A stretch of DNA of 64,000 nt, taken from Candidatus Melainabacteria bacterium 17Bon1m. GTDB taxonomy: Bacteria; Cyanobacteriota; Vampirovibrionia; Obscuribacterales; Obscuribacteraceae. Location: contig JAVLKG010000002.1 in assembly GCA_032128875.1 (NCBI GenBank), positions 1,066,202 through 1,130,201 on the forward strand, given 5' to 3'. A program made the translations under genes and the position numbers. The notes beneath the pieces are model-generated. The model made no database searches and was not told where the DNA came from. It was given only the letters and a program-made list of their open reading frames with translations. Shown here one piece after another: positions 9,239 to 19,150 of this stretch (position 1 is the first letter of the stretch; every line of letters begins with the position of its first letter).

Positions 9239-10321
9239 ATGCGGGATCTCTCAGCTAGACAATATGATGCACATTACCGAAGACTAGGTCTAGCACCGGG
9301 TTCTGGTCCTGCCGAAATCGACGCGGCTGCCATGGCACTGCGGGCAAAACTGAGCCCAGGGCGCTTGAAAGATGGACCGCTCAAGGAAATTGCGCCTATC
9401 AGGTTGGTCGAAATCGGCGAATCTGCGCTGCTTTTGATTGACTATTGGCAACGTCATGATATTGCCCCGCCCAGTATCCAGAGCCGTTATCTGGCAGGTT
9501 CACACGCCTTTGCCGGAATCGAGTCGGTTAATGCAATAACGAAACAGGCTGAGCAAGATGCCGTAAAAGAGCCAAAAACGCTGCCCGTTCTGATTGCTGA
9601 GCCAGACGAGAGAGAAAAGCAGACACACCTCTTTCCTCCTGAAAATGAGAGTGAAATAACATTTTTGGAGCCTGTTGGACCTCAAGCGCCTCAGCTCAAT
9701 TTCAGCTATTCACTTTTCAAAAAGGTCGATGGGGCTGTCTCCCCAAACGCCGATCTAATCAAATCACGTTCAATAATCGGTCTTATAGTTCTGGCAATCA
9801 TCTGGGTTGTGATACCGCTTTTACTTGTCAAAACCGTTGCCTTCATTTTTGAAGACTGTGGCATTGAGCGCTGGTTGGAGTATTTCAGCATTCTTGCCAA
9901 AGTGATTCCGGTTTGTTTTGTTCCGCCGCTAGTCATGTATGAATATGCCTTCTTTCGCCAGTTGCAGTTTCCTTTTGCCGGTGCGCTGAGATTGCCTGTT
10001 GCACAGGCTATGGACAGGTGTGTAGAAAGACTGACAGTTGCGAGTATAGGAAATTCTGCTGGCTGGACCGTTGAAAGCAGGCATGTCCGAGAGCGCAATG
10101 GTGAGGTAGTTGCAGGCGAAATTGTCGCTGCTTACAGTGGCACAAGCACCGACAGGAAAGTGCCGCTCAAGATTTACATGCGTATTGAAAAACTCAGCAC
10201 CAGCAGCAGTTTTCTTATCTATTGGTTCGAGCTTGATTGGAAATTGCTCTTCAAGGGCAAAGCAGTATCGCGCATGAAGTCTGCGCGTTTCGAACTAGAC
10301 AGGCTGATTAAAGAAAGCTGA
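9239..10321 (+). CDS. Membrane protein with degenerate J-domain-like N-terminus
   Basis: HYRRLGLAPG...EIDAA..ALRAKLSPGR resembles a J domain with HPD replaced by SPG; two hydrophobic helices near aa 180-235. Confidence 0.5.
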   Translation: MRDLSARQYDAHYRRLGLAPGSGPAEIDAAAMALRAKLSPGRLKDGPLKEIAPIRLVEIGESALLLIDYWQRHDIAPPSIQSRYLAGSHAFAGIESVNAITKQAEQDAVKEPKTLPVLIAEPDEREKQTHLFPPENESEITFLEPVGPQAPQLNFSYSLFKKVDGAVSPNADLIKSRSIIGLIVLAIIWVVIPLLLVKTVAFIFEDCGIERWLEYFSILAKVIPVCFVPPLVMYEYAFFRQLQFPFAGALRLPVAQAMDRCVERLTVASIGNSAGWTVESRHVRERNGEVVAGEIVAAYSGTSTDRKVPLKIYMRIEKLSTSSSFLIYWFELDWKLLFKGKAVSRMKSARFELDRLIKES

Positions 10322-10352
10322 ATTTGAGCTGCGCTCAAAGCGGATTGTGCCT

Positions 10353-11183
10353 TCAGCACTCGAATTCCGTGGTCTCAGGATAACCGTCATCTATAGGCAT
10401 GCCGGCAAAAATGTGGTCGTCAGCATGTTTGTTTGAGTACACACCGTAAAAGAGATAGACCGCGGCCAAAATTCCGTAGATGCCCAGCCAGAGCTGGAAA
10501 AACTGGTTTGATACTATCAACAGTGTGCCAAGTACAACACCTGGCGTTACTGCTACAACAGATACGCGCACTAGTTTGCTATATGAGAGATAAAAGCTCA
10601 TGGTGGCTGTGAAGACTCGACCAATAAAGCCTAAAACAAGGACTTGCGATGCCACCCAAGCAAAGTGAATAGGAAGGAGAACGCCAGCTACGATCACGCC
10701 CAACCATGTCTTGAGAAATTTGATGTGCTTCGAGACACCCAAAGGATCAAGTACAAGCGTCCAAATCTTCTCGTAAATCCATTTTTTTACTCTGCCTTGA
10801 TCGCGAACGAAATGTGCGCAGTCAGTTTCGCCAAAAATAATGGGGGCAAATTCAGCTGCTTCAGCTGGTGCCTGGCTGGTCTTATCAAAACGAATTGCCG
10901 GTCTGTCCTGAATCGTAATTACGTATGGCAGCTCTTTATCAATGGTCATTCGACCATCTTTGAGCGTTATCGTAGGCATTTGCGGCAAAATGACCTTTTC
11001 TACCTGCAAAATGATTGCATTTGCCCAGGCATGCACCCAAATGCCGATACATATGGTCGATGTAAGAACCAGGACGAAGAGATAACCAAACCCGATGCCC
11101 CGCCATTCGCGAGCCGCCCGGATGTACGCGTCTCTCGAATAGAACGACAAATATAGAGTTCGAATGTTGTTAATCCAGGCCAT
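10353..11183 (-). CDS. DUF1189-like multi-pass membrane protein
   Basis: SFYS..Y......W.G.GFGYL, P.ITLKDG, C-terminal TM helices with VAVTP. Confidence 0.65.
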   Translation of the reverse strand: MAWINNIRTLYLSFYSRDAYIRAAREWRGIGFGYLFVLVLTSTICIGIWVHAWANAIILQVEKVILPQMPTITLKDGRMTIDKELPYVITIQDRPAIRFDKTSQAPAEAAEFAPIIFGETDCAHFVRDQGRVKKWIYEKIWTLVLDPLGVSKHIKFLKTWLGVIVAGVLLPIHFAWVASQVLVLGFIGRVFTATMSFYLSYSKLVRVSVVAVTPGVVLGTLLIVSNQFFQLWLGIYGILAAVYLFYGVYSNKHADDHIFAGMPIDDGYPETTEFEC

Positions 11184-11281
11184 TTGCCTGCCTCGCAGAC
11201 TGTCCTTGGTAGATATCGTCTAGATTACATCCTAACGCAAAGCGCCCAGGAAGCAACACCTAGAATCTTGCAGTCGCGAAC

Positions 11282-11869
11282 CTAAGACTGGCGCCAGTTT
11301 GAATTCGTTCGCGAGGTAAGAATATGGTCCTGCCATTTGCCATTCAAGCACAGATAGTCCCTGGCGTAGCCTTCGACGACAAATCCAAGTCGACTCAATA
11401 CGCCGGCGCTCTTAAGATTGTGCGGAACGTAATTCGCCATGATACGGTGAACATTCATCTCCTGAAAGGCAAAGTCGATCGCGACAGCAGCTGCTTCTGT
11501 CATATAGCCTTGCCCCTGTTGGTCTTTGTCGAGGCTATAGCCGAGATAGCAAAATTGAGCAGCTCTTCTCAGAATTGAGGTGAAATTAACTGTGGCAATG
11601 ACCCGCTTTCCATAACCGTGTTCGCCTTTACGAAGGAAGGCAAATAGGTTTAGCGCTTCATCGCGCTGGTATGCGTCGACATTTTTCACAAGCCTGTCGC
11701 TCCAATGCATCGCGGTATAAAACGATTCCGGCATAAGCGCTTGTGAGTTTGCGATGTGCTCTCGATTTCTAACGTAATAATCGACGACTTCATCGACGTC
11801 GTTTTCACCTGGCATCGTTAATACCAGTCGCTCGGAAAACAAGAGAGGAATAGTTTTGGTTGGAGGCAT
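11282..11869 (-). CDS. rimJ: RimJ/RimL-family GNAT acetyltransferase
   Basis: CYLGYSLD...QGQGYMTEA, HRIMANYVPHNLKS..VL.RLGF..EGYARDYL..NGKWQDH. Confidence 0.85.
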   Translation of the reverse strand: MPPTKTIPLLFSERLVLTMPGENDVDEVVDYYVRNREHIANSQALMPESFYTAMHWSDRLVKNVDAYQRDEALNLFAFLRKGEHGYGKRVIATVNFTSILRRAAQFCYLGYSLDKDQQGQGYMTEAAAVAIDFAFQEMNVHRIMANYVPHNLKSAGVLSRLGFVVEGYARDYLCLNGKWQDHILTSRTNSNWRQS

Positions 11870-11985
11870 TACTTATCTTCCGGCTTGATACAAAGCTCAA
11901 TTGCCCATGGTTTCTTGCGAAACACCATCATCAGTCAAGTGACAGAGTCAGATCTTAGCGCGTTTCATTTCACATATACTCAGAG

Positions 11986-13080
11986 ATGGGGGGCTCATCT
12001 GTGGGACAATTTCGATGCCTATGGATGGATGGTTATTTGATAAGTAGTTTGAAAGTTAGCAAAATTTGCCTGCTTTCTTCCGCGCTGGTGTTGTTCGCAG
12101 CCGGTTGCGCACCAGTGTCCGACAAACCAGATATCTCAAAACTGATCAAATCTTCAATTGAAGCTCGCGCGGCTGGACATGAGGATCTGGCGGCAAACGA
12201 TCTAAAAGAGGCTTATGAAAATCTGCCGGCTAGGGGACCCGGCAGGGTTGAGGCAATAAATCAGCTCTACGTTCCCACACTGGATTTAGCTGCTGACTTG
12301 CGAAAATCCGGACGCCTTTCTTTGTCTAATACTATGTACGACAAAGCAATAGAGATCGAGCCAGAATGCACGTTAGGCGGCAGGTCCTCAGCTAGGCGAC
12401 TTAAGCGTGAAACGGAAGAAGTTTTTGACACAGAAGAAAGAATAATTACAAACCAGAGCACGTATAGCGCTCAAAAAGCAAGAATCAAAGCTCTTCAAGA
12501 TAAAACGGAGAGTCTCGAGCGGCGTGTCCTGACCGATGATCCCAAGCCACTAGAAGACGAAGCGATCAAGCATTTGGATGTTATTCGAAATTCTTTTGGC
12601 GTCGCTAGTTCACAATACGTGGACGCAGTTCGCGCCACAGGAGAGATTTTAATCAAGCTGAATAAGGCTCCGGTTGCAGTGAGAATCTTAGAAGTTGATA
12701 TCAGACAACTTTCTGAACCAAAAATTGAAAGCATCAAAACTGGTGATATTGATGCTGTTCAAGATCTCTACTTCCATATTCCGCTAAAGAGCGAACTAGC
12801 ATATCTTCAGATAAAAACCGGCCAGCTTGATGAAGCAGAGCAAAATGCTCGCAAGTCTTGCGAACTGGCAAAGTGTGTCGGTGGCGAGATGAAGAGCCGA
12901 TTGGCTGTGGCACAGTTGACGCTCGCCACTGTCTTGAACCTCAAAGGAGATAAGGAAGGAGCGCTCAGGCTTTTGAAGGAAACTTTGCCACTTCTTCGAG
13001 TAGAGAAGTTGGGCAAAGATTCAGAAAGATGCAAAAAAATGATTGAGCAAATTGAAAAAGCTCAAACCGGAAAGCAGTAA
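11986..13080 (+). CDS. TPR-like helical lipoprotein (true start probably 15-20 codons downstream)
   Basis: Lipobox VLFAAG-C followed by helical repeats; N-terminal domain similar to the next gene. Confidence 0.65.
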   Translation: MGGSSVGQFRCLWMDGYLISSLKVSKICLLSSALVLFAAGCAPVSDKPDISKLIKSSIEARAAGHEDLAANDLKEAYENLPARGPGRVEAINQLYVPTLDLAADLRKSGRLSLSNTMYDKAIEIEPECTLGGRSSARRLKRETEEVFDTEERIITNQSTYSAQKARIKALQDKTESLERRVLTDDPKPLEDEAIKHLDVIRNSFGVASSQYVDAVRATGEILIKLNKAPVAVRILEVDIRQLSEPKIESIKTGDIDAVQDLYFHIPLKSELAYLQIKTGQLDEAEQNARKSCELAKCVGGEMKSRLAVAQLTLATVLNLKGDKEGALRLLKETLPLLRVEKLGKDSERCKKMIEQIEKAQTGKQ

Positions 13081-13083
13081 GAC

Positions 13084-14481
13084 ATGGAAAAAGAGCTCTT
13101 ATCGAAATTTGCGGCGTTTGCAACCACGGCGATCATGTGTCTCGCCGCTTGTGGTCAAACTGTCAAGAAAGATGTGTTTGCAGACTTGATTAATGATGGC
13201 GCTCAGGCCAGATCTACAGGTCATGAAGATCGAGCTGCCAACAGCTTGAAAGAAGCTTTCGAAATGTTGCCTCCGGTTGGAAGTCCAAAACGGGTGGAAT
13301 GCGTCAACAGACTCTATCCAGAAATTCTGGCATTATCAGCGGATTTAAGACGCTCTGGTCGCTTCAGTCTTTCGAAAACCATGTTGGACAAAGCAATAGA
13401 AATTGAGTCTGAGTGCAACTTGCCGGACAAGAAATCTGCAGTTGCTCTGAAGGAAGAGACAGAGAAAGTCGGCGAAATGGAATTGAGTTTGCTGAAGCGA
13501 GCAGACAAGGCAAAAGAGCTTCGGTTCGAGTTGAAGCAGTTGAAACATACGACTCGCGATCTTGCAAAGCAATTTGCCAGCGGCGATTTTGAACAAGTCG
13601 CACGCGACGGTCGCGCGCACCTGGAGGTTTTACGAAAGACCAGAGGTGTAGCCAGTAAAGCCTATTGCGATGCGCGAAGGTTGATCATCGAATCGATGCT
13701 TCATCAGGGAAACCCTGAGGGTGCATTGAAGCTTCTTGAAGATGATGTTCTTGAACTGAATACGTTTAAAGACAGCGAATTAATGAATGCGGACGAGGAG
13801 GCTGTCGAAAATGCACTTTTCCTTAGTCCGTTGCTCGCCCAGATTTCCGGGTTGCAACTAACTCTCGGAAAGCAAGCTGAAGCAGAGAAGAGTGCGCGCC
13901 GCTCACTTGAGATTGCAAAAATCCTTGGCGGCAAGGCTAACCCTGATGCTTCTTCCAGTCAGCTAGTCTTGGCTATTATCCTGAAGCAACAAGGCAAGAA
14001 TAAGGAAGCGCTACTGAGCGCGCGCGGAGCATTGCCTCTTCTGGCGAATGCAAAGCATCAGCGACAAAACTGGATTCGTTGTCTTTGTACGATCGCAGAG
14101 CTCGAAGATTTGTTGGGCTTGAAAGTTGAGGCGAGAAGAGACTTTGACCAGTTGATAAACGAGGCGGAAACTGCCAGAGATCCCGGCGCGGCGAGTGTGT
14201 CTCTTGCGGTTGCAGCGGCTTATTATCGAACACAAGGCGATCAAGCAAAGTATTTGAAACTGAAAGAAGAAGCGATAACTCTAGCTCAGCGAAAAAGTGA
14301 GCCGCCATTTTCTGTGGCAATGACATACGAGACGCTAGGTGACTCTTCTGTGCGTTTTTCGAAGTTTTCCGAGGCGCTGCAGTCATACGAGACAGCGGTT
14401 AGATATGCTTCCCAACATCAAAAAGAAAGCATAGAGCAAAAAATTGCAGCTTGCAAAAAGAACAAGTCCGTAGCTTCGTAG
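13084..14481 (+). CDS. TPR-like helical lipoprotein, tandem paralog of the upstream gene
   Basis: Lipobox MCLAA-C; shared motifs GHED.AAN.LKEA.E.LP and ADLR.SGR.SLS.TM.DKAIEIE.EC. Confidence 0.7.
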   Translation: MEKELLSKFAAFATTAIMCLAACGQTVKKDVFADLINDGAQARSTGHEDRAANSLKEAFEMLPPVGSPKRVECVNRLYPEILALSADLRRSGRFSLSKTMLDKAIEIESECNLPDKKSAVALKEETEKVGEMELSLLKRADKAKELRFELKQLKHTTRDLAKQFASGDFEQVARDGRAHLEVLRKTRGVASKAYCDARRLIIESMLHQGNPEGALKLLEDDVLELNTFKDSELMNADEEAVENALFLSPLLAQISGLQLTLGKQAEAEKSARRSLEIAKILGGKANPDASSSQLVLAIILKQQGKNKEALLSARGALPLLANAKHQRQNWIRCLCTIAELEDLLGLKVEARRDFDQLINEAETARDPGAASVSLAVAAAYYRTQGDQAKYLKLKEEAITLAQRKSEPPFSVAMTYETLGDSSVRFSKFSEALQSYETAVRYASQHQKESIEQKIAACKKNKSVAS

Positions 14482-14494
14482 TTCCAGTTTCAAA

Positions 14495-15691
14495 CTAGAT
14501 AAAACTGTTTCGCTTCTTGCTTTCCTTGGCGCTGAGCTTGACCGGTTTCAACCCAAGCTGTACAAGTTGGCGTGCGACCAACTCGAAAAACCGTTGTCTG
14601 TCACCGCCTTTTATTACAGCCAGGTTGTGAGCCTCTGCTAAACAGACTGGGTAGCCCATCCCCTTCTTCACCTGTGCTTTCACGGCTACCAGTGCACTAT
14701 CCAGGAGTTCTTTGTGCTCCAGCATCCAGCGAGGAAATTCAATGCGCGCGACTTCGTTGCCTACATTGAAATAGGCAAAACAAATTCTATGATCGGCGGC
14801 CATCAGTTTTGTCACCGACGCACCAGACTGAAAAGCTGCAGTGCGCTCGCCGTATTTAAGAGAATTTGCCACCAACTGGCGGTCGCTCAGCGGCCAGATC
14901 TTAGAGCATGGGAAATCTTCTTCGTTTAGCTGACCGCAATGATCGCGGCAGTGGCTATTTTCATAAGGGCAAATATACACTCGCAAGTCATTGACCACGT
15001 CGCCGCTTCGGCTGTTGCTCAGGTATCCGAAAAGAGGTACACCGGCGTCGTGCAATTTGTCGAAGGCATCAGACATTCTCTTAAGGTATGTCTCGATGTA
15101 TCCTCCTGGCATTTTTTCCACAGACCATGGGATAAGGGAGCCGTCGACTAGTGCCACAACCGGTGCTCCGCGCAGCAGTGACTGAAGCGACAACTCAACC
15201 AATTTTTCCAGTTCTAGCATTTGCCTTTCGAGTGAAACATACAGCTCGTCAATGTGCATCCGCCTTCTGTCTACCAGTGGATAGAGGTCATCGTCCGTAT
15301 GGAAAAGCCTGGGCTCGGTATCAAGAATCGGAGGTGCTTTTATGCCGTAACTGATTACCGCGGAGCCGATATTCAAAAGAAAGCACGTGTGAATCTCATG
15401 GTGACTCGGCATGATCTGAGAGCCATCTACTGCCACAACTGTGACCGGTTGGTCAGCGGAATTGCTTGCGACCACTACATTTTTGTCGATCGGCTCCAGA
15501 GGAATTGCCGTTGGCCACCACGTCCAGGCCCGGTTTTGCTCGAGTTTTTCCACAAAAATTTCTTGATTCGCAAGCGCACTTTTGTAGGCTGCTTCTCCTG
15601 CTTCCAGCGTTTCTTTTTTTGATAGCGCGGTTGGAAGCCCTTCGACTCCAACTTTCTCTATTTGCTGAATCAGTTTGCGAAAGTCCAGCAT
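14495..15691 (-). CDS. nurA: NurA-family nuclease
   Basis: AVDGSQIMPSHHE, LVDGSLIPW, ARIEFP.W, KGMGYPVCLAEAHNLAVI, plus a Cys/His insert CPYENSHCRDHC...C. Start taken as ATG 15691 (TAATG overlap with the upstream stop). Confidence 0.9.
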   Translation of the reverse strand: MLDFRKLIQQIEKVGVEGLPTALSKKETLEAGEAAYKSALANQEIFVEKLEQNRAWTWWPTAIPLEPIDKNVVVASNSADQPVTVVAVDGSQIMPSHHEIHTCFLLNIGSAVISYGIKAPPILDTEPRLFHTDDDLYPLVDRRRMHIDELYVSLERQMLELEKLVELSLQSLLRGAPVVALVDGSLIPWSVEKMPGGYIETYLKRMSDAFDKLHDAGVPLFGYLSNSRSGDVVNDLRVYICPYENSHCRDHCGQLNEEDFPCSKIWPLSDRQLVANSLKYGERTAAFQSGASVTKLMAADHRICFAYFNVGNEVARIEFPRWMLEHKELLDSALVAVKAQVKKGMGYPVCLAEAHNLAVIKGGDRQRFFELVARQLVQLGLKPVKLSAKESKKRNSFI

Positions 15692-17016
15692 TATGGCTTG
15701 CCCTCGATTTTTGAGGTCTGCGTGCGTCTGAGTCGCTCTTCGTGCCGCTTTAGGATCGCACGAAGTTTTTGAATGGAGCCCAGCGGGTTCTTGTTTTTCG
15801 ATGAATCCGTCAGAAGCTCTATTGCTGTGGAAAAACATTCATCAGTCGCAAATGATTTTGAAATCGCTTTGGCAAGTTCTGAAAAGCTTCTGATATCCTG
15901 TGTTTGTGACGTTTTTTCAGCAGGTGATGTAGATGCTGTCAGTGCAGAAATTATGTATTCGTCAAAAGAACGGTACACAAATTCATTCTCAGTCGAGCCG
16001 GAAAAGAAATTATCCTCGGTCAATTCCGGTGGCACTAAAGGCGGTGTCATTGAGTTTAGCTGTAAAAATGAATCGCAGACTGCAATCAACAGATTGTGAG
16101 CAGTTTTTACCGAAGAATTTAAGGGTTGCTTTTCTTCAGGATGAGGCAAAAATGACAGGCAAACAAAATCCTCGCCGATGTGAAAGTCCAGAAGGTGAGG
16201 CAGGAGTGCAAGACCGCTGATTTGAATCGAAGAAAGATTGTTTGCAAGTTGCTTTCTTGTATCGGATTCAAGCGAGCCTGAGAGATTGAATCGTCTAATG
16301 CAAACGGTTCGACAGTCTGTCCAGAGATCCTGCCAGAGTTCTTGCCAAACGTCATGCTCTTTCCATTCAGCGGCATCAGTTTGTTGGATAAGTTTGTAAC
16401 GTCCCAACCAATTTTCAAAATGTGTGTTTCTCTGATCTCTTGTAAGCCCCTGCACAGGCTCTTTCGACTGCGCCGGTTTTGATGTTTCAGTGCATTGAGT
16501 AATGGTATCGAGCGGTATGACTTTGAAGCTAAGACTGACCTGCGGGGCTACTGGACGCTTTTGGCTTCGTTTGCAAATCTGTCGGGAAAGCCTCTCTAAA
16601 ACCATCGTTGACTCTGTCTTCGCTGTCTCAGGAAGGTAAATGAAATACTTGCCGGAGCCTGCATAAGCCACGCGGTCTTCATGACGCAATTGCGTACTAA
16701 TTTCTCGCTCAATAACTTGCGCCAGCTTTTCGGCTTGTTCGGAACTCTTAGATTTTGCAATATGAGCAAATTCGAATAGCTCGATAGATGCCAATGTAAA
16801 CTTATTGTTTGTGGTCTTCGCTGCGTCTATAAGGTCTTTGCAGGATACTGATTTGCTGTCTATTCCGCTCTTCTCGGATTTTGCCGCGCGTAGGCGCCTT
16901 TCCAGACCTGGGCGCAGTATTTCTGCCTCAGCCTCTGATGTCGAACGCTCTGGCTTCTGCTTTTCCGGCTTCTTTTCGGGAGACAAAATGATGCTCCTCT
17001 TCCGATAGAGTGGCAT
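15691..17016 (-). CDS. Degenerate GGDEF-like domain fused to a kinase-like (pseudokinase) domain
   Basis: STQLRHEDRVAYAGSGKYFIYLPET aligns with the GGDEF region LRxxDxxxRxGGDEFxxxLP. LGRYKLIQQ...LPHLLDF...PPLVPPELTEDNFF...DIRSFSEL follows a Hanks kinase layout without HRD or DFG. Confidence 0.55.
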   Translation of the reverse strand: MPLYRKRSIILSPEKKPEKQKPERSTSEAEAEILRPGLERRLRAAKSEKSGIDSKSVSCKDLIDAAKTTNNKFTLASIELFEFAHIAKSKSSEQAEKLAQVIEREISTQLRHEDRVAYAGSGKYFIYLPETAKTESTMVLERLSRQICKRSQKRPVAPQVSLSFKVIPLDTITQCTETSKPAQSKEPVQGLTRDQRNTHFENWLGRYKLIQQTDAAEWKEHDVWQELWQDLWTDCRTVCIRRFNLSGSLESDTRKQLANNLSSIQISGLALLPHLLDFHIGEDFVCLSFLPHPEEKQPLNSSVKTAHNLLIAVCDSFLQLNSMTPPLVPPELTEDNFFSGSTENEFVYRSFDEYIISALTASTSPAEKTSQTQDIRSFSELAKAISKSFATDECFSTAIELLTDSSKNKNPLGSIQKLRAILKRHEERLRRTQTSKIEGKP

Positions 17017-17070
17017 TGAGGCCAGGCTGTAATATACTTGTGAGATCCTATCAGATCGGAATAATTGCCA

Positions 17071-17529
17071 ATGGCCAAAAAAGAGCCTAAACCTCTTCAG
17101 CTAGTATGCGACCTGGCGCCTACGCTGGCGCAAAGAGTGTTTCAAATTCGTGAGATGCGAAATCTTACTGTCAAAGATTTGGCGAAATTGTCGCGATTCA
17201 GCGTGAGCCGAATTGAGGACATCGAATCAGGCGTTGAAACCTGGCTATCAGCCAGCGACAGACAGTTGCTGGCACGCGCGCTGAATGTTGAACCTGTGTT
17301 ATTGCTGGAGGTTGAAGCAAAACGCTTAGACAGCGCCAGCGAAGAAGAAAAGTTGAAGGTTCATACGGAACTGGCGGAGAAAATTCTGACAGGGTTGAGG
17401 GAAGCAAGTTGCCCTAACTGCGGCGGTTCTCTTAAATGCTCTGTTGAACATGGTCTTGATCTGGACGGCAAAGTTCAAGAATATGCCAAAGCTTTTTGCC
17501 TCAAATGTCCGTTCGTGCTTAGAGCTTAG
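17071..17529 (+). CDS. XRE-family HTH protein with C-terminal zinc ribbon
   Basis: IREMRNLTVKDLAKLS...RIEDIESG HTH; CPNC...CLKC. Confidence 0.8.
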   Translation: MAKKEPKPLQLVCDLAPTLAQRVFQIREMRNLTVKDLAKLSRFSVSRIEDIESGVETWLSASDRQLLARALNVEPVLLLEVEAKRLDSASEEEKLKVHTELAEKILTGLREASCPNCGGSLKCSVEHGLDLDGKVQEYAKAFCLKCPFVLRA

Positions 17530-17555
17530 CGATTTTCTATTTTGGAGTCTTTACT

Positions 17556-18374
17556 TTGAGAATTCTTCTTTCCAACGATGATGGCATCAATGCGCCCGGC
17601 ATTCGCGCATTGGCAGAACGGCTTTCAAGAGACAGCAATCATGAAGTTTACGTGGTCGCGCCTGATCGCGAACGCAGTGCAACAGGGCATTGCCTGACAC
17701 TTCATAAACCCTTGCGCGTAACCGTTGAAGAGTTGCCTGGGAATGTGAAGAAGGCCTGGTCAACTACCGGCACGCCCAGTGATTCGGTAAAGTTGGCGGT
17801 ATCCGAGTTGCTGCCTGAAAAACCAGATCTTGTGATTTCTGGAATCAACAATGGACCGAATTTAGGAAGCGAAATTCTTTACTCTGGTACAGTTGCCGCC
17901 GCCATGGAAGCTGCTTTTCTTGGACTTTCTTCAATTGCTGTGAGTCTATTTTGGGGTGAAACTCGTCGCTTCGATGTTGCTGCGGAGTTTATAGCCAGAT
18001 TGATTGGCTCCGTTCCTGATATGAAAATGCGTGAGCGCAGTCTACTGAATATCAATGTTCCCAACGTTCCGTTTGATGAAATTGCCGGAGTTTCAGTCAC
18101 CGAGGCTGGTATCAGATTGTACGATGATCGTTTTGAAAGACGCGAAGATCCGCGCGGCAAAACCTATTACTGGCTGACAGGACACGCGGTGGACAAGGAT
18201 GAAGCGAAGACAAGCGATGTCTATGCTGTTTTGAACAAGAAAATTTCAATCACGCCGGTCGTGTTTAACATGACAGATCATCAAGCCGTCACCAGATTGA
18301 GCGCCCTTGCTCAAATCGATGCGGCGCTTGAAACAGCTAAGATTGCAGGAAAAGAAGAAGCTGCCAGAAAGTAG
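17556..18374 (+). CDS. surE: 5'/3'-nucleotidase SurE
   Basis: ILLSNDDGI.APGI, APDRERSATGH, GTPSDSV, SGINNGPNLG...YSGTVAAA. Confidence 0.96.
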   Translation: MRILLSNDDGINAPGIRALAERLSRDSNHEVYVVAPDRERSATGHCLTLHKPLRVTVEELPGNVKKAWSTTGTPSDSVKLAVSELLPEKPDLVISGINNGPNLGSEILYSGTVAAAMEAAFLGLSSIAVSLFWGETRRFDVAAEFIARLIGSVPDMKMRERSLLNINVPNVPFDEIAGVSVTEAGIRLYDDRFERREDPRGKTYYWLTGHAVDKDEAKTSDVYAVLNKKISITPVVFNMTDHQAVTRLSALAQIDAALETAKIAGKEEAARK

Positions 18375-18403
18375 AACGATTAAAGAGAAGCTGAAAGCAA
18401 TAA

Positions 18404-19150
18404 ATGTCTGAGTCTAAGTCTAAACCTGACCAAATAACATCCGGACTCGATCCGGATCTCGCAGCCAGGACTTTTTTCCGTGATCCTCAATGGCTATTCA
18501 AGACAGGTATCGGCGGTTTTTTGAATGTTTTGTCCTTCATTCTCTGCGCCGTGAATTACCTTCTGATTCCGATTGCGTTTCTCCTCTGGGGAGTAGTTAC
18601 CGGCTATGTATTGCGTGCGGCCCGGACGCACATCAAAAATCCAGAAGACAAATTGCCTGAGTGGAATGATTGGTTAGACCTACTAATATCTGGTCTCACG
18701 TGGATGGCTATCTACACTGGGCAATTGCTCTTTTTCTTCTCCGTGTTTTCCACTTTGATGCTTGTGGGACTCTCCTTCGGCATGGTCAGCGCGGCCAACC
18801 CAAGCAACTTAGCTTGGTCTTTTGGAAGCCTTTATGGTCTCGTCGCGTTGGCTTCGGTCATCAGCATGAATTCAGCGTATTTGATGATCAACTTGGCTCA
18901 AGAAGAGCAGCTTTCCGGTGCGTTTGCAGTCAATGTCGTCATTTCGAAAGTGCTGTCGCGACCGGCGGACTTCATTCTTGCCTGGTTGTTGTCATTGGGA
19001 ATTCAATTGGCGGCGATTGTTTTGCCGGCATTAACTGTCGTCGGCTTGTTCTTTCTGCCGTCGATTTGGTTTGCAGGTCAAGTGCTGAGCGCGTTGGTAC
19101 TCGCCCAAGTGTGGGCTTCGGTACCGCGTGAGGCGAAAGTTAGTGCTTGA
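18404..19150 (+). CDS. DUF4013-like membrane protein
   Basis: F.DPQW..K..IGG, GY..R, LPEWNDW.DL...GL, several TM helices. Confidence 0.75.
   Translation: MSESKSKPDQITSGLDPDLAARTFFRDPQWLFKTGIGGFLNVLSFILCAVNYLLIPIAFLLWGVVTGYVLRAARTHIKNPEDKLPEWNDWLDLLISGLTWMAIYTGQLLFFFSVFSTLMLVGLSFGMVSAANPSNLAWSFGSLYGLVALASVISMNSAYLMINLAQEEQLSGAFAVNVVISKVLSRPADFILAWLLSLGIQLAAIVLPALTVVGLFFLPSIWFAGQVLSALVLAQVWASVPREAKVSA

Noticed and set aside
15692-15838. Longer nurA start at 15838
   Set aside because: It overlaps the upstream gene by about 147 nt; ATG 15691 gives a coupled start.
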